From: an uncultured Gammaproteobacteria bacterium
Lineage (GTDB): Bacteria > Pseudomonadota > Gammaproteobacteria > Chromatiales > Chromatiaceae
Length of the DNA: 64,000 nt
NCBI GenBank assembly: GCA_963790775.1
Contig: CAWBPR010000012.1
Span: 2,763-66,762, forward strand
Reading direction: 5' to 3'
A program made the position numbers and the translations under genes. The first letter of the stretch is position 1. The number at the start of each line of letters is the position of its first letter. Shown here piece after piece: positions 9,123-18,504 of the stretch. The notes beneath the pieces were generated by a model. The model was not told where the DNA came from. It saw only the letters and a program-made list of their open reading frames with translations, and made no database searches.

Positions 9123-9887
9123 TTATGAATTGTTTGGATCGGTCTGAATGGACTTATCCCCTTCCCGCCATTTCTTCAGCAGGTCTTCGGCAACCTTGCG
9201 CCACTGGTCATTCTCGACCAACTCGAGGAAGCGCTCGATGTCCTTCACCGCAGCGTCGCGCTGGCCCAGGGCGTCGTAGGTGGAACCCCGGTTGAAATAG
9301 GGCGCCGGGGTATGCGGATCGAGAGCGATGCACTGCTCGAAGTCGGCCAGGGCCTTTTCGAAGTCACTGCTGCTGTAGTGGATGCTGCCGCGATTGAAAT
9401 AGGCTGGAATCAGATCGGGGTCCAGCGCGATAGCCTTGTTCAAGTCTCCGAGCGCCTCTTCGATGCGCCCGAACTGGCGGTAGGCCTGCGCACGATTACT
9501 CAGGGTCTTGGCGTCATCAGGCCTGATCGCCAGGGACGACTCCAAGTCTCTGAGGGCATCGGTGAGCCTGCCCATCTGCAGATAGAGGCTGGCGCGAATC
9601 GAGAAGAGTTCCGCATTCGTCTTGAATTGCACGATGCCGCGATCCAGTTCATGCAGGGCTTCGTTGGGGCGCCCCTCCTGCATGTGCTGCAGCGCGACTG
9701 TGATCAGTTGCTCGGGATCCAGGGTAGCATGCGGATTGTAACCGCCGCTGTGAGGCTTGCCGGTCATGGACGAGGTGACGGGGTCCTGCCCCGCCGCCAT
9801 CGTTGTGGAAATAATACCTGAACCCGATGCACCCATCAGCATGACCACACCGGTAAAAAGGGAGACAAACCTGAAACGAAAAATCAT
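9123..9887 (-). CDS. TPR-repeat protein with signal peptide
   Basis: 254 aa with a hydrophobic N-terminus. It has consecutive 34-aa TPR units (..AYFNRGSIHYSSSDFEKALADFEQCIALDP..APYFNRGSTYDALGQRDAAVKDIERFLEL). Confidence 0.8.
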   Translation of the reverse strand: MIFRFRFVSLFTGVVMLMGASGSGIISTTMAAGQDPVTSSMTGKPHSGGYNPHATLDPEQLITVALQHMQEGRPNEALHELDRGIVQFKTNAELFSIRASLYLQMGRLTDALRDLESSLAIRPDDAKTLSNRAQAYRQFGRIEEALGDLNKAIALDPDLIPAYFNRGSIHYSSSDFEKALADFEQCIALDPHTPAPYFNRGSTYDALGQRDAAVKDIERFLELVENDQWRKVAEDLLKKWREGDKSIQTDPNNS

Positions 9888-10044
9888 AGAGTCTTATCCT
9901 CGTCTTTGTTACTGACGCCGTGATTCGCAAACGATCGAGATTAACCGTTAGACGGAGCCCTGACAAACGGAGGGGCTCATTGCAGAAGGCAATGAACCCC
10001 ATCCAGTCAAAGTTTGTGTCTCATCCCTGAGACGGATCGAATGC

Positions 10045-12444
10045 CTACTTCTTCATCATCTCGGCATAGCTTTTGAACATCTTGTTCATCAGCTCGATAT
10101 GCTGCTCGTCGTTGAGCTGCCCATCGGTAGCCACCTTGTTCCACAACTCGGTGTTGGACATTTCACGATGACAGCCCATGCACAGGCCGGTGCGTTCCAT
10201 GGCGGTGCGCATCTCTTTGGGCAGGGCCCGGGAGAGCGGCCAGTGAGTACCCACCGTCTGCACCTGCTGGTCGTCCTTGATGATGGTGGACCAATCGTAG
10301 TCCAGGTCGACGATCTTCGGGATCTGGATCTTGTAGTTCTTCGGAATCACCTTGCCGGTCTTCTGATCGATCAGATCCTCGACGATATCTTCCGGATAAC
10401 GGGCCTGGAACACACCACCGGAGATGCCGTAACCCAGGGCCTTCGGGTTGTTGTGGCAGCTTTCGCAGGTACGCGCCTTGCGCTGTGCGGAGTGAGGCTG
10501 TACCGGCGCCATGTCGATGGCGTCCGGAGTACGGCTCTGGCCCAGCTCTTCCTGTTCATCCAAGGACTTGCCGATCTGGTTGAGCGCCACAGTCTTGCCG
10601 TCACGGCCGATAACCGTATAGACGATCTGACAACCAGGCATCAGCGGGGTCACGCGACCTTCGCCATTGATGCCGAGCACCGGCTCTTCCCAACGCAGGT
10701 AGGAGCGTTTCTCGAACACCTTGCCGGGGCTCTTGATGCCGCTGCTTCCCACGGCGGACTCGGCGGTGGAGCCATCCGGGAAGCGTTTGTTGCCCGAGGC
10801 GATCCAGTCGGTATCGGTGTAGGGTTTGCCATCCTTGTCATTGCCATAGTTCACCTGCACATGACAGCCATAGCACTGGGGCACCCAGGAGGCATGACAG
10901 GCGTAGCACTCCAGGGATTCGTTGTGCTTCTCCACCTTGCTCATGGCGACCATCGCATCCGGGCTCTTCCAGGTGTTGGTCACCGCCATCTGCTTCAGAA
11001 TCGGCACTTCGAAATCGTTACCGGTAGCGGAGTGCATAATGACCTTCTCACCATCCTTCACCACATTGCCGAAGGGGTTGCCACGGGCGGTCAGCAGATA
11101 ACCGTCTTTCTTCTTATACTGCGTAGCGAAGGCGGCGGTCTCGCTCAGCATGCTGTCACCCAGTCCACGACCCTTGTCGGAGAGCTTCTCCTTGAACTCT
11201 TCGGAATAACCGAGGGGCAGATCCCAGGGATAAGCTCCCGGGGTGCCGTGGCAGTCCTGACACTCGATCTCGACCTGGGCCAGAGTAGTGCCGAAGATGT
11301 TGCCGTCGCCATGCATGTCGATGGTGGTGTGGCAGTCCTGACACAGCAGGCCGCCCTTCGGGTTCTCCGGACGGCTTGCGATCTGGTGATGCAGGTCGTC
11401 GGAGATGAACAGATACTGTTTGGTGTGCAGCTTGGGCTGGGTGTTGCCATCGGCATCGAAGGGTGAACCGTAGGGGAACTCCATCAGGCCCTGATAGGTC
11501 ACGCCGATACGTTTGCCGCGGTTGTGGCAGGAGTTGCAGGTCTCGACCGGGATGCCGGAGTATTCGATATCGCCATGCTTGACCTTGGCCTCACGCGTAC
11601 CCTGGATCTTATGGGTCATGAGATGACCCCTTTCGGACTTGTTGATGGTCGGGTCGTCGCCCTCATAGTAGCCTTCGTTGCCATAGGGAATATGGCAGGA
11701 GGAGCAGCCCTGACCGCGATAGTCACCGCGCTTTTCACGACCATTGACGGCCACGTGACAGCGCTGGCACTGCTGACGGGAGTAGGTGAAACCGGCCAGC
11801 TTGGGATCTTTCTCGATCTCCTCGACTGAGGGTTGGGGCACCATCTTCAATTCCGTCGGAAACTGTTCCTTGTGCGCCGCCATCATGTCCTTCATGTACT
11901 GTTTGTAGGCGTCGGTACCCACCTGCGGTACCGGGCCGTCGGTGTCCTTCACGTCATAGTTGCCCCAGGGCACCTTGTAATTCTGCACCTCGGGAATACC
12001 CCAGGTGTGCAGGTTACCCTGAAGCTTGCCGGCCTCGGTGTTCATCAGGGAGCGTTCCAGTCGATAGGGGTAGCCCTGATGGCACTGTCCGCAGGTGTTG
12101 TCTGCGATCCAGATAGAGCCCGGATCCGGATAAAACATCTTGGGACCGGCGCCCTCTTGCAACCCTTTGGGCGAACCCGTGTGCGCCTCGTCCTTGGTCA
12201 ATCCCTGCGGATTTCCGCCATGACAGACGACACAACCGTTAGGATCCCCATTACCCCCTCCGATGGCCTTGATCTGCAGCATCATGGCGCTCTGGTTGTC
12301 ACGGATATCCTCGATACCCTCATGACAGCTGTTACAACCTTTTTCCTTCGCAACAGCAGGCGATACCTTTTCAGGGACCGCAGCTGTCGACAGACCTGCA
12401 ATTCCCCATAGGCAGGCTGCGATTAGGACGAGTCTTTTTTTCAT
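10045..12444 (-). CDS. multihaem c-type cytochrome, 12 CxxCH motifs, Sec signal peptide
   Basis: The start is trimmed to MKKRLVLIAACLWGIAGLSTAA (ATG at 12444, GGGGAA 6 nt upstream). The longer ORF to 12669 has no signal peptide. Haem motifs are CNSCH, CVVCH, CGQCH, CQRCH, CSSCH, CNSCH, CQDCH, CQDCH, CYACH, CYGCH, CESCH and CMGCH. Confidence 0.9.
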   Translation of the reverse strand: MKKRLVLIAACLWGIAGLSTAAVPEKVSPAVAKEKGCNSCHEGIEDIRDNQSAMMLQIKAIGGGNGDPNGCVVCHGGNPQGLTKDEAHTGSPKGLQEGAGPKMFYPDPGSIWIADNTCGQCHQGYPYRLERSLMNTEAGKLQGNLHTWGIPEVQNYKVPWGNYDVKDTDGPVPQVGTDAYKQYMKDMMAAHKEQFPTELKMVPQPSVEEIEKDPKLAGFTYSRQQCQRCHVAVNGREKRGDYRGQGCSSCHIPYGNEGYYEGDDPTINKSERGHLMTHKIQGTREAKVKHGDIEYSGIPVETCNSCHNRGKRIGVTYQGLMEFPYGSPFDADGNTQPKLHTKQYLFISDDLHHQIASRPENPKGGLLCQDCHTTIDMHGDGNIFGTTLAQVEIECQDCHGTPGAYPWDLPLGYSEEFKEKLSDKGRGLGDSMLSETAAFATQYKKKDGYLLTARGNPFGNVVKDGEKVIMHSATGNDFEVPILKQMAVTNTWKSPDAMVAMSKVEKHNESLECYACHASWVPQCYGCHVQVNYGNDKDGKPYTDTDWIASGNKRFPDGSTAESAVGSSGIKSPGKVFEKRSYLRWEEPVLGINGEGRVTPLMPGCQIVYTVIGRDGKTVALNQIGKSLDEQEELGQSRTPDAIDMAPVQPHSAQRKARTCESCHNNPKALGYGISGGVFQARYPEDIVEDLIDQKTGKVIPKNYKIQIPKIVDLDYDWSTIIKDDQQVQTVGTHWPLSRALPKEMRTAMERTGLCMGCHREMSNTELWNKVATDGQLNDEQHIELMNKMFKSYAEMMKK

Positions 12445-12481
12445 ATTTTCCCCCATCAATGTGATTGCACCGGGATAGTGC

Positions 12482-12497
12482 TGCTGAATAGCATCCA
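12482..12497 (-). promoter_or_regulatory. weak sigma54-type -24/-12 candidate upstream of the cytochrome gene
   Basis: The minus strand reads TGGATGCTATTCAGCA. GG and GC have the canonical GG-N10-GC spacing and the T precedes GG. The flanking consensus bases (TGGCAC / TTGC) are poorly matched. Confidence 0.2.
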
Positions 12498-12524
12498 TTG
12501 CTGATGCACTTATTGTTCCTGAGC

Positions 12525-12562
12525 TTATTGGTTGGTTTTGCGGCTGAATGGTCAACCAATAA
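12525..12562. promoter_or_regulatory. perfect 10-bp inverted repeat TTATTGGTTG-N18-CAACCAATAA upstream of the cytochrome operon (candidate activator site)
   Basis: The repeat is read directly from the DNA, 80-120 bp upstream of the ATG at 12444. This is where enhancer-binding-protein sites usually sit. Function is not demonstrated. Confidence 0.35.
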
Positions 12563-12975
12563 CGGGGACAGATGGAAGCGAATATAACTATTATTTTACA
12601 ATTACTTAGCTGAAATATGGAGACAATCCGCCGGTGCTGCGGAAATACGCCTCCGTTAAAGATACCCAAATCGGGGTAATTTCAACTGAAAGAAACATTC
12701 AGCTTGAAGCTGAGCCTGCCGGCGGACTGAACAAATCGTTCAATTCGCCGCGCCAGCTCTCTTCTCCGAAACCAACGATTTGATTGATGACTCAGATTGC
12801 CGTCAAATGCCCCCTGTCCCGGCGGAAGGCATGGTACTTTGCTTGAGCTATGATGCGGGTCAGGATGGAAGGTATACCCAGTGGTTGATAGCTCCCAGCG
12901 TATATTTACCCATTGTTTTCGACCTGTCCCGTTCGCTACTATCGCCCTCGCAGTATTAATTTGGAGTCTTTCAGG

Positions 12976-13584
12976 ATGTACAAAAGCATTTTTCTTGGCC
13001 TGTTACTAGCGCTCGGCTGGATGATCAATGTCCAGGGAGCTGATGCAAAACCGCAAGACCGCATACTGGAACAGGCCGCGGCGCCCACCGGCGGGGACTT
13101 CACCCTGCAATCCGTGAACGGCCCGGTTTCCACCGCGGCACTGCGCGGCAAGGTGATACTGCTCTATTTCGGCTACACCATGTGCCCCGATATCTGCCCG
13201 ACCTCCCTCTCCTTCATGACCCAGGCCTTGAATGACCTCTCAGAAGATGAACTGGAAGACGTGGTGGGGATCTTTGTCAGTGTCGATCCTCAGCGGGACA
13301 ATGTGAAGAAGCTCGGCGATTATGTGGGTTATTTTCATAAAAACTATATCGGCGTAACCGGCACCGAAGCCGAGGTTGCAGAGGTCGCCAAACTCTACGG
13401 CGCGCAATACTATGCGGTGGAATTGAAAGACTCCGCAATCGGTTATTCGGTCAACCACTCCTCCGCAACTTACATGATCGATACAAAGGGCCAGCTGAAG
13501 TTCATCTTCCCCCATGAAACCCCCCCCAAGGTGATGCTGGAGGCGCTGCGTTATCTGATGGCGGAGAGTGAAGTCCAGGACTGA
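12976..13584 (+). CDS. SCO1/SenC copper chaperone (thioredoxin fold)
   Basis: The start is trimmed to MYKSIFLGLLLALGWMINVQGADA (GGAG 9 nt upstream). The CPDICP (CxxxC) motif and a downstream His region (YSVNHSSATYMID) are present. Confidence 0.88.
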   Translation: MYKSIFLGLLLALGWMINVQGADAKPQDRILEQAAAPTGGDFTLQSVNGPVSTAALRGKVILLYFGYTMCPDICPTSLSFMTQALNDLSEDELEDVVGIFVSVDPQRDNVKKLGDYVGYFHKNYIGVTGTEAEVAEVAKLYGAQYYAVELKDSAIGYSVNHSSATYMIDTKGQLKFIFPHETPPKVMLEALRYLMAESEVQD

Positions 13585-13592
13585 ATTAACAG

Positions 13593-13622
13593 GGGCGCTT
13601 CAGCCCTGCAAGGCAAGCGCCC
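13593..13622 (+). terminator. GC-rich hairpin after SCO1 (GGGCGCTT-N14-AAGCGCCC, then TCTTT)
   Basis: The 8-bp perfect stem is read directly, 9 nt after the SCO1 stop. It overlaps the last codons of the convergent kinase gene. Confidence 0.4.
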
Positions 13623-16257
13623 TCTTTACCGCTTCCAGCTCAGCCTGAAGCCGGCTGAGGGTGGACTGGCTGAGCCTGAACCCGACCTTGCCTGCCTGCA
13701 CCTCCAACTGGCGCGCCAATTCCGACAAAGCATCCCCACCCACATTGGAGCTCGCCGATTTCAAACTGTGGGCCAGCCGGACGACATCACTGAAATCATC
13801 CCCCTCGACGGCAAGCCGAAGGCCATGCATGATCTGTCCTGAACTCTCCAGAAAGGCCGCAATCAGTTCCGCGAAATCCTCTCCGAGCACACTCCGCATC
13901 TCCTGCAGTTTCAGGACGTTGATCGGCTGATCAGACTGCACGGTGACTTGCTCTTCAGCCGGATCTGGCGCGCTCACTGAGATCCGGCCTGAAGCCGTCT
14001 CAGGAAGCCACTTCGAGACTGCTTGCTGCAACGTCTGGATTGAAAAAGGTTTGGCGACGAAATCATCCATACCCGCATCCAGGCATCGTTGACGATCCTC
14101 CTTGAAAGCGTTGGCTGTAAGGGCAACGATCGGGGTATGAGCGGTGTGTCCTTCGTTTTCCCGTATCCGGCCGGTCGCGGTATAGCCGTCCATCTGCGGC
14201 ATCTGACAATCCATCAATATCAGATCAAAATTCTTTTCCGAACAGGCTTCAAGAACCTCCAGACCATGATTGGCGATACTCACCTCCAGCCCAAGTTTCT
14301 TCAGCATGGAAGCAGCCACTTTCTGATTGGCCAGCACATCCTCCGCAAGCAGGACATGGCCTGTGAAACTACCGAGACTGGGTTGCTGTTGTAGACTCGA
14401 TTCATCCAGAGAATGCTGGGTTATCAGCAACCCTTCTGAGTTGTTCACATGCCGCCGGCCCAGGGCGGATGACAGAGCCTGGCGCAACAGGCTTGCGGTA
14501 AGCGGTTTCGTCAGATAGGCGGAGATTCCAATGCGCCTGAAGCGTTCAGCATCTCCCCGCTGGCCAGCGGAAGTCAACAGGATGAGGGGCAGCTCAAAGA
14601 GCCCTTCTTGCTGCCGTATAAGCCGGGCCAGCTGCTCTCCATCGGTCTCTGGCATCAGGTAATCGAGCAGTGCGATGTCGAACGGATGCCCCGATTCCAT
14701 GCCCTGGCGCAGCAGTTGCAACGCCTTGTGCGCACCTGCCGCTTCCTCAACCTCGAGTCCGAAATGCTGCAACTGGCGGGCAAGCAGGGTCCGGTTAATC
14801 TGCAGATCATCCACCACCAGGGCTCGCTTGCCCGACAGATCCTCCGGAGGAATCGCCCCCGGACTCTCCGCCAACGGCAGTGTGAGTTCAATCCAGAAGA
14901 CCGAACCCTCATCAGGGGCGCTTTCGACCCCCATTCTACCGCCCATCAGTTCCACCAGTTGCTTCGAGATGCTGAGACCCAACCCTGTGCCGCCATACTC
15001 CCTGGTGGTGGAGCTATCTGCCTGGCTGAAGGGTCGAAACAGCTTCGCCTGCTGCTGCTCATCGATACCGATACCGGTGTCCTGCAAAATGATGCGCAGC
15101 TCTGCCTGATGGTCACTCGCGCCTTTACAGCTGATTTTCAACAGCACGTAGCCCTGGGCCGTGAATTTTATCGCATTGCCTAAAAGGTTAAGCAGGATCT
15201 GCCGGATTCTGCCGGCATCACCCACCAGGTATGTGGGACAATCCGGTGCGAAATCGATAATCAACTCCAGTCCCTTCTCCTGCGCCTTGCCGGACAACAG
15301 ACTGGTCACATCCTGCACCGAGTGCTCCAGATCGAATGGGATTGGATCCAGGGTCATCTTGTGAGCCTCGATCTTGGAAAAATCGAGGATGTCGTTAATG
15401 ATCTTCAGCAGGGTCTGTCCGGATTGGCTGATGACATCAAGATACTCCCGCTGCTCGCGGCTGAGTGACGTGTCATCGAGCAGCTGAGCCATGCCCAGGA
15501 CACCGTTCATCGGCGTGCGGATCTCGTGGCTCATGGTGGCGAGGAATGCACTTTTTGCCTCCGCCGCCGCTTGAGCTTCGAACAGGGCCTGGCTTAATTC
15601 CACTTGGGTTTGCAGCAGGCTGTCCCGCATACTGTCGAATGCCAGCGTCAGCCTGCCGATCTCATCATTTTTCATGGGTGGCAGACTGGTGTTGAAATCA
15701 CCCTGCGCCAGACGGCTGGCCGCATGTTCCAGCTTTGCCAGCGGACTGCGTATCAGCACATTCTGTAAAGCCAGTCCGGAGAGAATCATCAGACTGAAGA
15801 TAATGATCAGAATCAGCTCTATATGCAGTATTTCAGCACGCTCCTTTTCCTGCAGAGAGGCCCAGTCGGTCACCAGTGTGATCTGTGCCAGCGGCTGCCC
15901 CGCCAGTTGAACTGAATATTCGAGGACCTCGATATATTCACTGTCTGCTTCTACAGGACCGGGATCAGACAATGGAAAAATACGCTTACCCTGGGCAAGT
16001 TTCAAAACCAGCTGTCGCCAGATATGCTCTCTGGCCTGCAACTGATCCGTAAGCGTGGCATACAGCGCGGACAAATCATTCGACAGAATATTCGAGATGA
16101 GGCCGGATTCCAACGTGCCAAGCAGTTCGTACTGCTGTTCAACAAATTCCGCTTGCGCTCGTCTGATCCACGAAGGAGCAATATAGAAATGGAGCAGCGA
16201 GACGAACAGAATGAATGCCAAAAGCAGTGGCAGCATCAATTTTGCCCGAATGCCCAT
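13600..16257 (-). CDS. hybrid sensor histidine kinase (HAMP, HisKA, HATPase_c, two REC, Hpt)
   Basis: 885 aa. The H-box is [14 protein letters not shown] and the ATPase motif is [13 protein letters not shown]. The receivers have [18 protein letters not shown] and [18 protein letters not shown]. The C-terminal Hpt domain has [11 protein letters not shown]. Confidence 0.92.
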   Translation of the reverse strand: MGIRAKLMLPLLLAFILFVSLLHFYIAPSWIRRAQAEFVEQQYELLGTLESGLISNILSNDLSALYATLTDQLQAREHIWRQLVLKLAQGKRIFPLSDPGPVEADSEYIEVLEYSVQLAGQPLAQITLVTDWASLQEKERAEILHIELILIIIFSLMILSGLALQNVLIRSPLAKLEHAASRLAQGDFNTSLPPMKNDEIGRLTLAFDSMRDSLLQTQVELSQALFEAQAAAEAKSAFLATMSHEIRTPMNGVLGMAQLLDDTSLSREQREYLDVISQSGQTLLKIINDILDFSKIEAHKMTLDPIPFDLEHSVQDVTSLLSGKAQEKGLELIIDFAPDCPTYLVGDAGRIRQILLNLLGNAIKFTAQGYVLLKISCKGASDHQAELRIILQDTGIGIDEQQQAKLFRPFSQADSSTTREYGGTGLGLSISKQLVELMGGRMGVESAPDEGSVFWIELTLPLAESPGAIPPEDLSGKRALVVDDLQINRTLLARQLQHFGLEVEEAAGAHKALQLLRQGMESGHPFDIALLDYLMPETDGEQLARLIRQQEGLFELPLILLTSAGQRGDAERFRRIGISAYLTKPLTASLLRQALSSALGRRHVNNSEGLLITQHSLDESSLQQQPSLGSFTGHVLLAEDVLANQKVAASMLKKLGLEVSIANHGLEVLEACSEKNFDLILMDCQMPQMDGYTATGRIRENEGHTAHTPIVALTANAFKEDRQRCLDAGMDDFVAKPFSIQTLQQAVSKWLPETASGRISVSAPDPAEEQVTVQSDQPINVLKLQEMRSVLGEDFAELIAAFLESSGQIMHGLRLAVEGDDFSDVVRLAHSLKSASSNVGGDALSELARQLEVQAGKVGFRLSQSTLSRLQAELEAVKRALALQG

Positions 16258-16260
16258 AGA

Positions 16261-17118
16261 TCAGTTCGGGCTTACATAGAAGCGCTCGAGTTCCATCCTC
16301 TTCAATGGAGCATAATCCTGCATCGTTGCGGAGCCGATCTGGCGGATCGGGACCTGAGTCAGTAATTGTCTGCCCGCGTCACTTTTACCCATCGCCAGTA
16401 GCGCATCACGCACCTGATCACGAATCTCTGCTGGCACACGGGGATGAGCCGCCAGAGGATGTGGTGAAACCGGGGTGGTGCGGTGGATCACCTGAAGCAG
16501 GTCTCGGATCTCCGGCAGCTGGCGGTCAAGCGTCTTTTGTACGCCACCGCCGGCGGCTGCCTGCCCGAGGACAACATTCATATAGACAGAATCATGGGTC
16601 TTCACATAGAGCGGCTTAATCTGAATATCAAACTTATCCGCCAGCTCCTGGCGCATCTGCAAGGATGCGCCCAGCGCATTCGGCGCAGGAAAGGCAACCT
16701 TTTTATTCTGCAGATCAGTTATCTTTTCGATACCACTGTCCTTGCGCACCACCAACACCCCATGCAGGGTCCGGCCAACATCCCGCACCAGGGGAATATA
16801 CCCCTCCGCCTCACTGGCAAGCATGATGTGGTAAGGGTTCATATAGGCAAAATCAAAGATGCCTGACATAAATTCCGTTTCAAATGAAGGAATGGTTGGC
16901 GACCCCACGATCTGGAAGCGTAAACCCGTTCGCTCTTCCAGTTGGTCAAGGATTGGACGCCAGATCCGATACAGCCTGCGAACCTCGAATTGAGGCACTA
17001 TCCCTACCGAATATAGTTTGTCACCCGCTTTGACTGGGACCGGCAGAGACATAAGGATCACGGCACCCAGCAGCAGACTGTGCATGACGTTAAAAAATAG
17101 TGTTGTAAATCTGATCAT
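16261..17118 (-). CDS. PhnD-like (phosphonate-type) periplasmic substrate-binding protein, probable sensor partner of the hybrid kinase
   Basis: The start is trimmed to MIRFTTLFFNVMHSLLLGAVILMSLPVPVKA. The body has SVGIVPQ..PILDQL..FDFAYMNPYH..VAFPAPNALGAS, typical of the PhnD/SBP family. Its stop lies 3 nt before the kinase start. Confidence 0.75.
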   Translation of the reverse strand: MIRFTTLFFNVMHSLLLGAVILMSLPVPVKAGDKLYSVGIVPQFEVRRLYRIWRPILDQLEERTGLRFQIVGSPTIPSFETEFMSGIFDFAYMNPYHIMLASEAEGYIPLVRDVGRTLHGVLVVRKDSGIEKITDLQNKKVAFPAPNALGASLQMRQELADKFDIQIKPLYVKTHDSVYMNVVLGQAAAGGGVQKTLDRQLPEIRDLLQVIHRTTPVSPHPLAAHPRVPAEIRDQVRDALLAMGKSDAGRQLLTQVPIRQIGSATMQDYAPLKRMELERFYVSPN

Positions 17119-17451
17119 CGATTCCACTCCGATATTGGCTTTCGGGCCGTCCTTATCGCCATTCAGAGAATCTAGCGGCAAGCATCAGAGGAAGTTGAAT
17201 CCTTAACCACCGGCGTCACCAGGGGCTAAAGACGCACGGCAAGATCAACTTAAAACAATGACACATTGTTGTTGGATCACGCACAACAGAACGCTGGGGT
17301 TGTGGTATGCAGACAGCAACGCAAGGCAGCAAATAATAACCGCAGGTTGAGATGAGTTCTGCAATAACTCTTGCTGCCTAAACTGTTTTGCCGGGACTGC
17401 GATTGTTATACTCAAGCTCCAAAACTGACTAAAACCATACCGAAATTCACT

Positions 17452-18318
17452 ATGCTGGTGCTCGGGTTTGCAGACTATGAAGAGCAGGGCCGTCGGCTCG
17501 CACAGGCGCTGTCATGCCCCTTCGCCAGGATAGATGTGCATCACTTCCCTGACGGAGAAAGCAAGGTAACGCTGCCTTCGGAACTGCCGGAACAGCTGAT
17601 TATCTGCCGCACTCTCAATTTACCGAACAGCAAACTGATTGAACTCCTGCTGGCGGCTCAGACGGCCAGGGAAAATGGCGCGCGGGAGATGACCCTGGTC
17701 TCCCCCTACCTCTGCTACATGCGCCAGGATATCGCGTTTCAGCCAGGCGAGGCGGTGAGTCAGAAAATTATCGGGCGCTTTCTTGCTGATCTGTTTGATG
17801 GCGTGATTACCACGGACGCCCATCTGCACCGCGTCAGCCGGCTTGCTCAGGCGATACCCGCCGGCAGGGCTGTGAATACCAGTGCCGCCTCCATAATGAG
17901 TGATTTTCTGAAGCGTCAGGCAGGTGAGATCCTGCTCGTTGGTCCCGACACCGAATCGGCGCAATGGGTCGAAGCCATTGCACAAAGCGCGGGCTGTGAA
18001 TATGTGGTTGCGCAGAAACGCCGCTTTGGCGACCGGGATGTAGCGATCACCCTGCCGCCAGGAAATTACCCTGGCAAAAGGATGATTCTGGTGGATGATG
18101 TCATCAGCACCGGTCATACCCTGGTCACGCTTGCGGGTCTGTTGCAGCAACAGGGCGCGGCGGCGATTGATGCGCTGGTCACCCACGCCCTGTTCGATGC
18201 GGCAGCCGCAGACAACATGCATGCGGCCGGGATAGAAAATATCTGGAGTACGGACAGCGTCCCTCATCCCAGTAACATCCTGCATCTGGCTGGTTTACTG
18301 GCTGATGCACTTCATTAA
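17452..18318 (+). CDS. ribose-phosphate diphosphokinase (Prs) family protein
   Basis: The start is trimmed to MLVLGF. Motifs present are FPDGESKV, VSPYLCYMRQD, and the PRPP loop ILVDDVISTGHT. Confidence 0.8.
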   Translation: MLVLGFADYEEQGRRLAQALSCPFARIDVHHFPDGESKVTLPSELPEQLIICRTLNLPNSKLIELLLAAQTARENGAREMTLVSPYLCYMRQDIAFQPGEAVSQKIIGRFLADLFDGVITTDAHLHRVSRLAQAIPAGRAVNTSAASIMSDFLKRQAGEILLVGPDTESAQWVEAIAQSAGCEYVVAQKRRFGDRDVAITLPPGNYPGKRMILVDDVISTGHTLVTLAGLLQQQGAAAIDALVTHALFDAAAADNMHAAGIENIWSTDSVPHPSNILHLAGLLADALH

Positions 18319-18504
18319 AAAATCAAGGGCATGACAGCCCATCGGCATGTCAACACACACTCCGCATGAATTGACTTCTTATTCCCGCTCCGTTTAATGT
18401 GCTGATAAAGATCCTGGTCCCATTTCGGTTAACTTTAATAACAAACCCCTGAAATCTAAAGGGGCATAGATAATCCTTCATTAATAATAACGAGGGCCAA
18501 AGCC

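Noticed and set aside
12445-12669. The 75-codon N-terminal extension of the cytochrome ORF, and similar extensions at 12913, 17119-17181, 17371, 24674, 34794-34874, 35594, 41395-41439, 53915 and 58518.
   Set aside because: Internal starts give proper signal peptides or family-typical N-termini, often with an SD sequence. The extensions overlap upstream genes or intergenic AT-rich DNA.
12826-12842. Sigma54-like AAGGCATGGTACTTTGCTT on the + strand upstream of SCO1.
   Set aside because: The GG to GC spacing is one nucleotide too long (GG-N11-GC) compared with the invariant GG-N10-GC.
17303-17317. TGGTATGCAGACAGC with correct GG-N10-GC spacing upstream of the Prs-like gene.
   Set aside because: Only the invariant dinucleotides match. 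There is no TTGC-like -12 box and no nearby activator site. Such matches are expected by chance.
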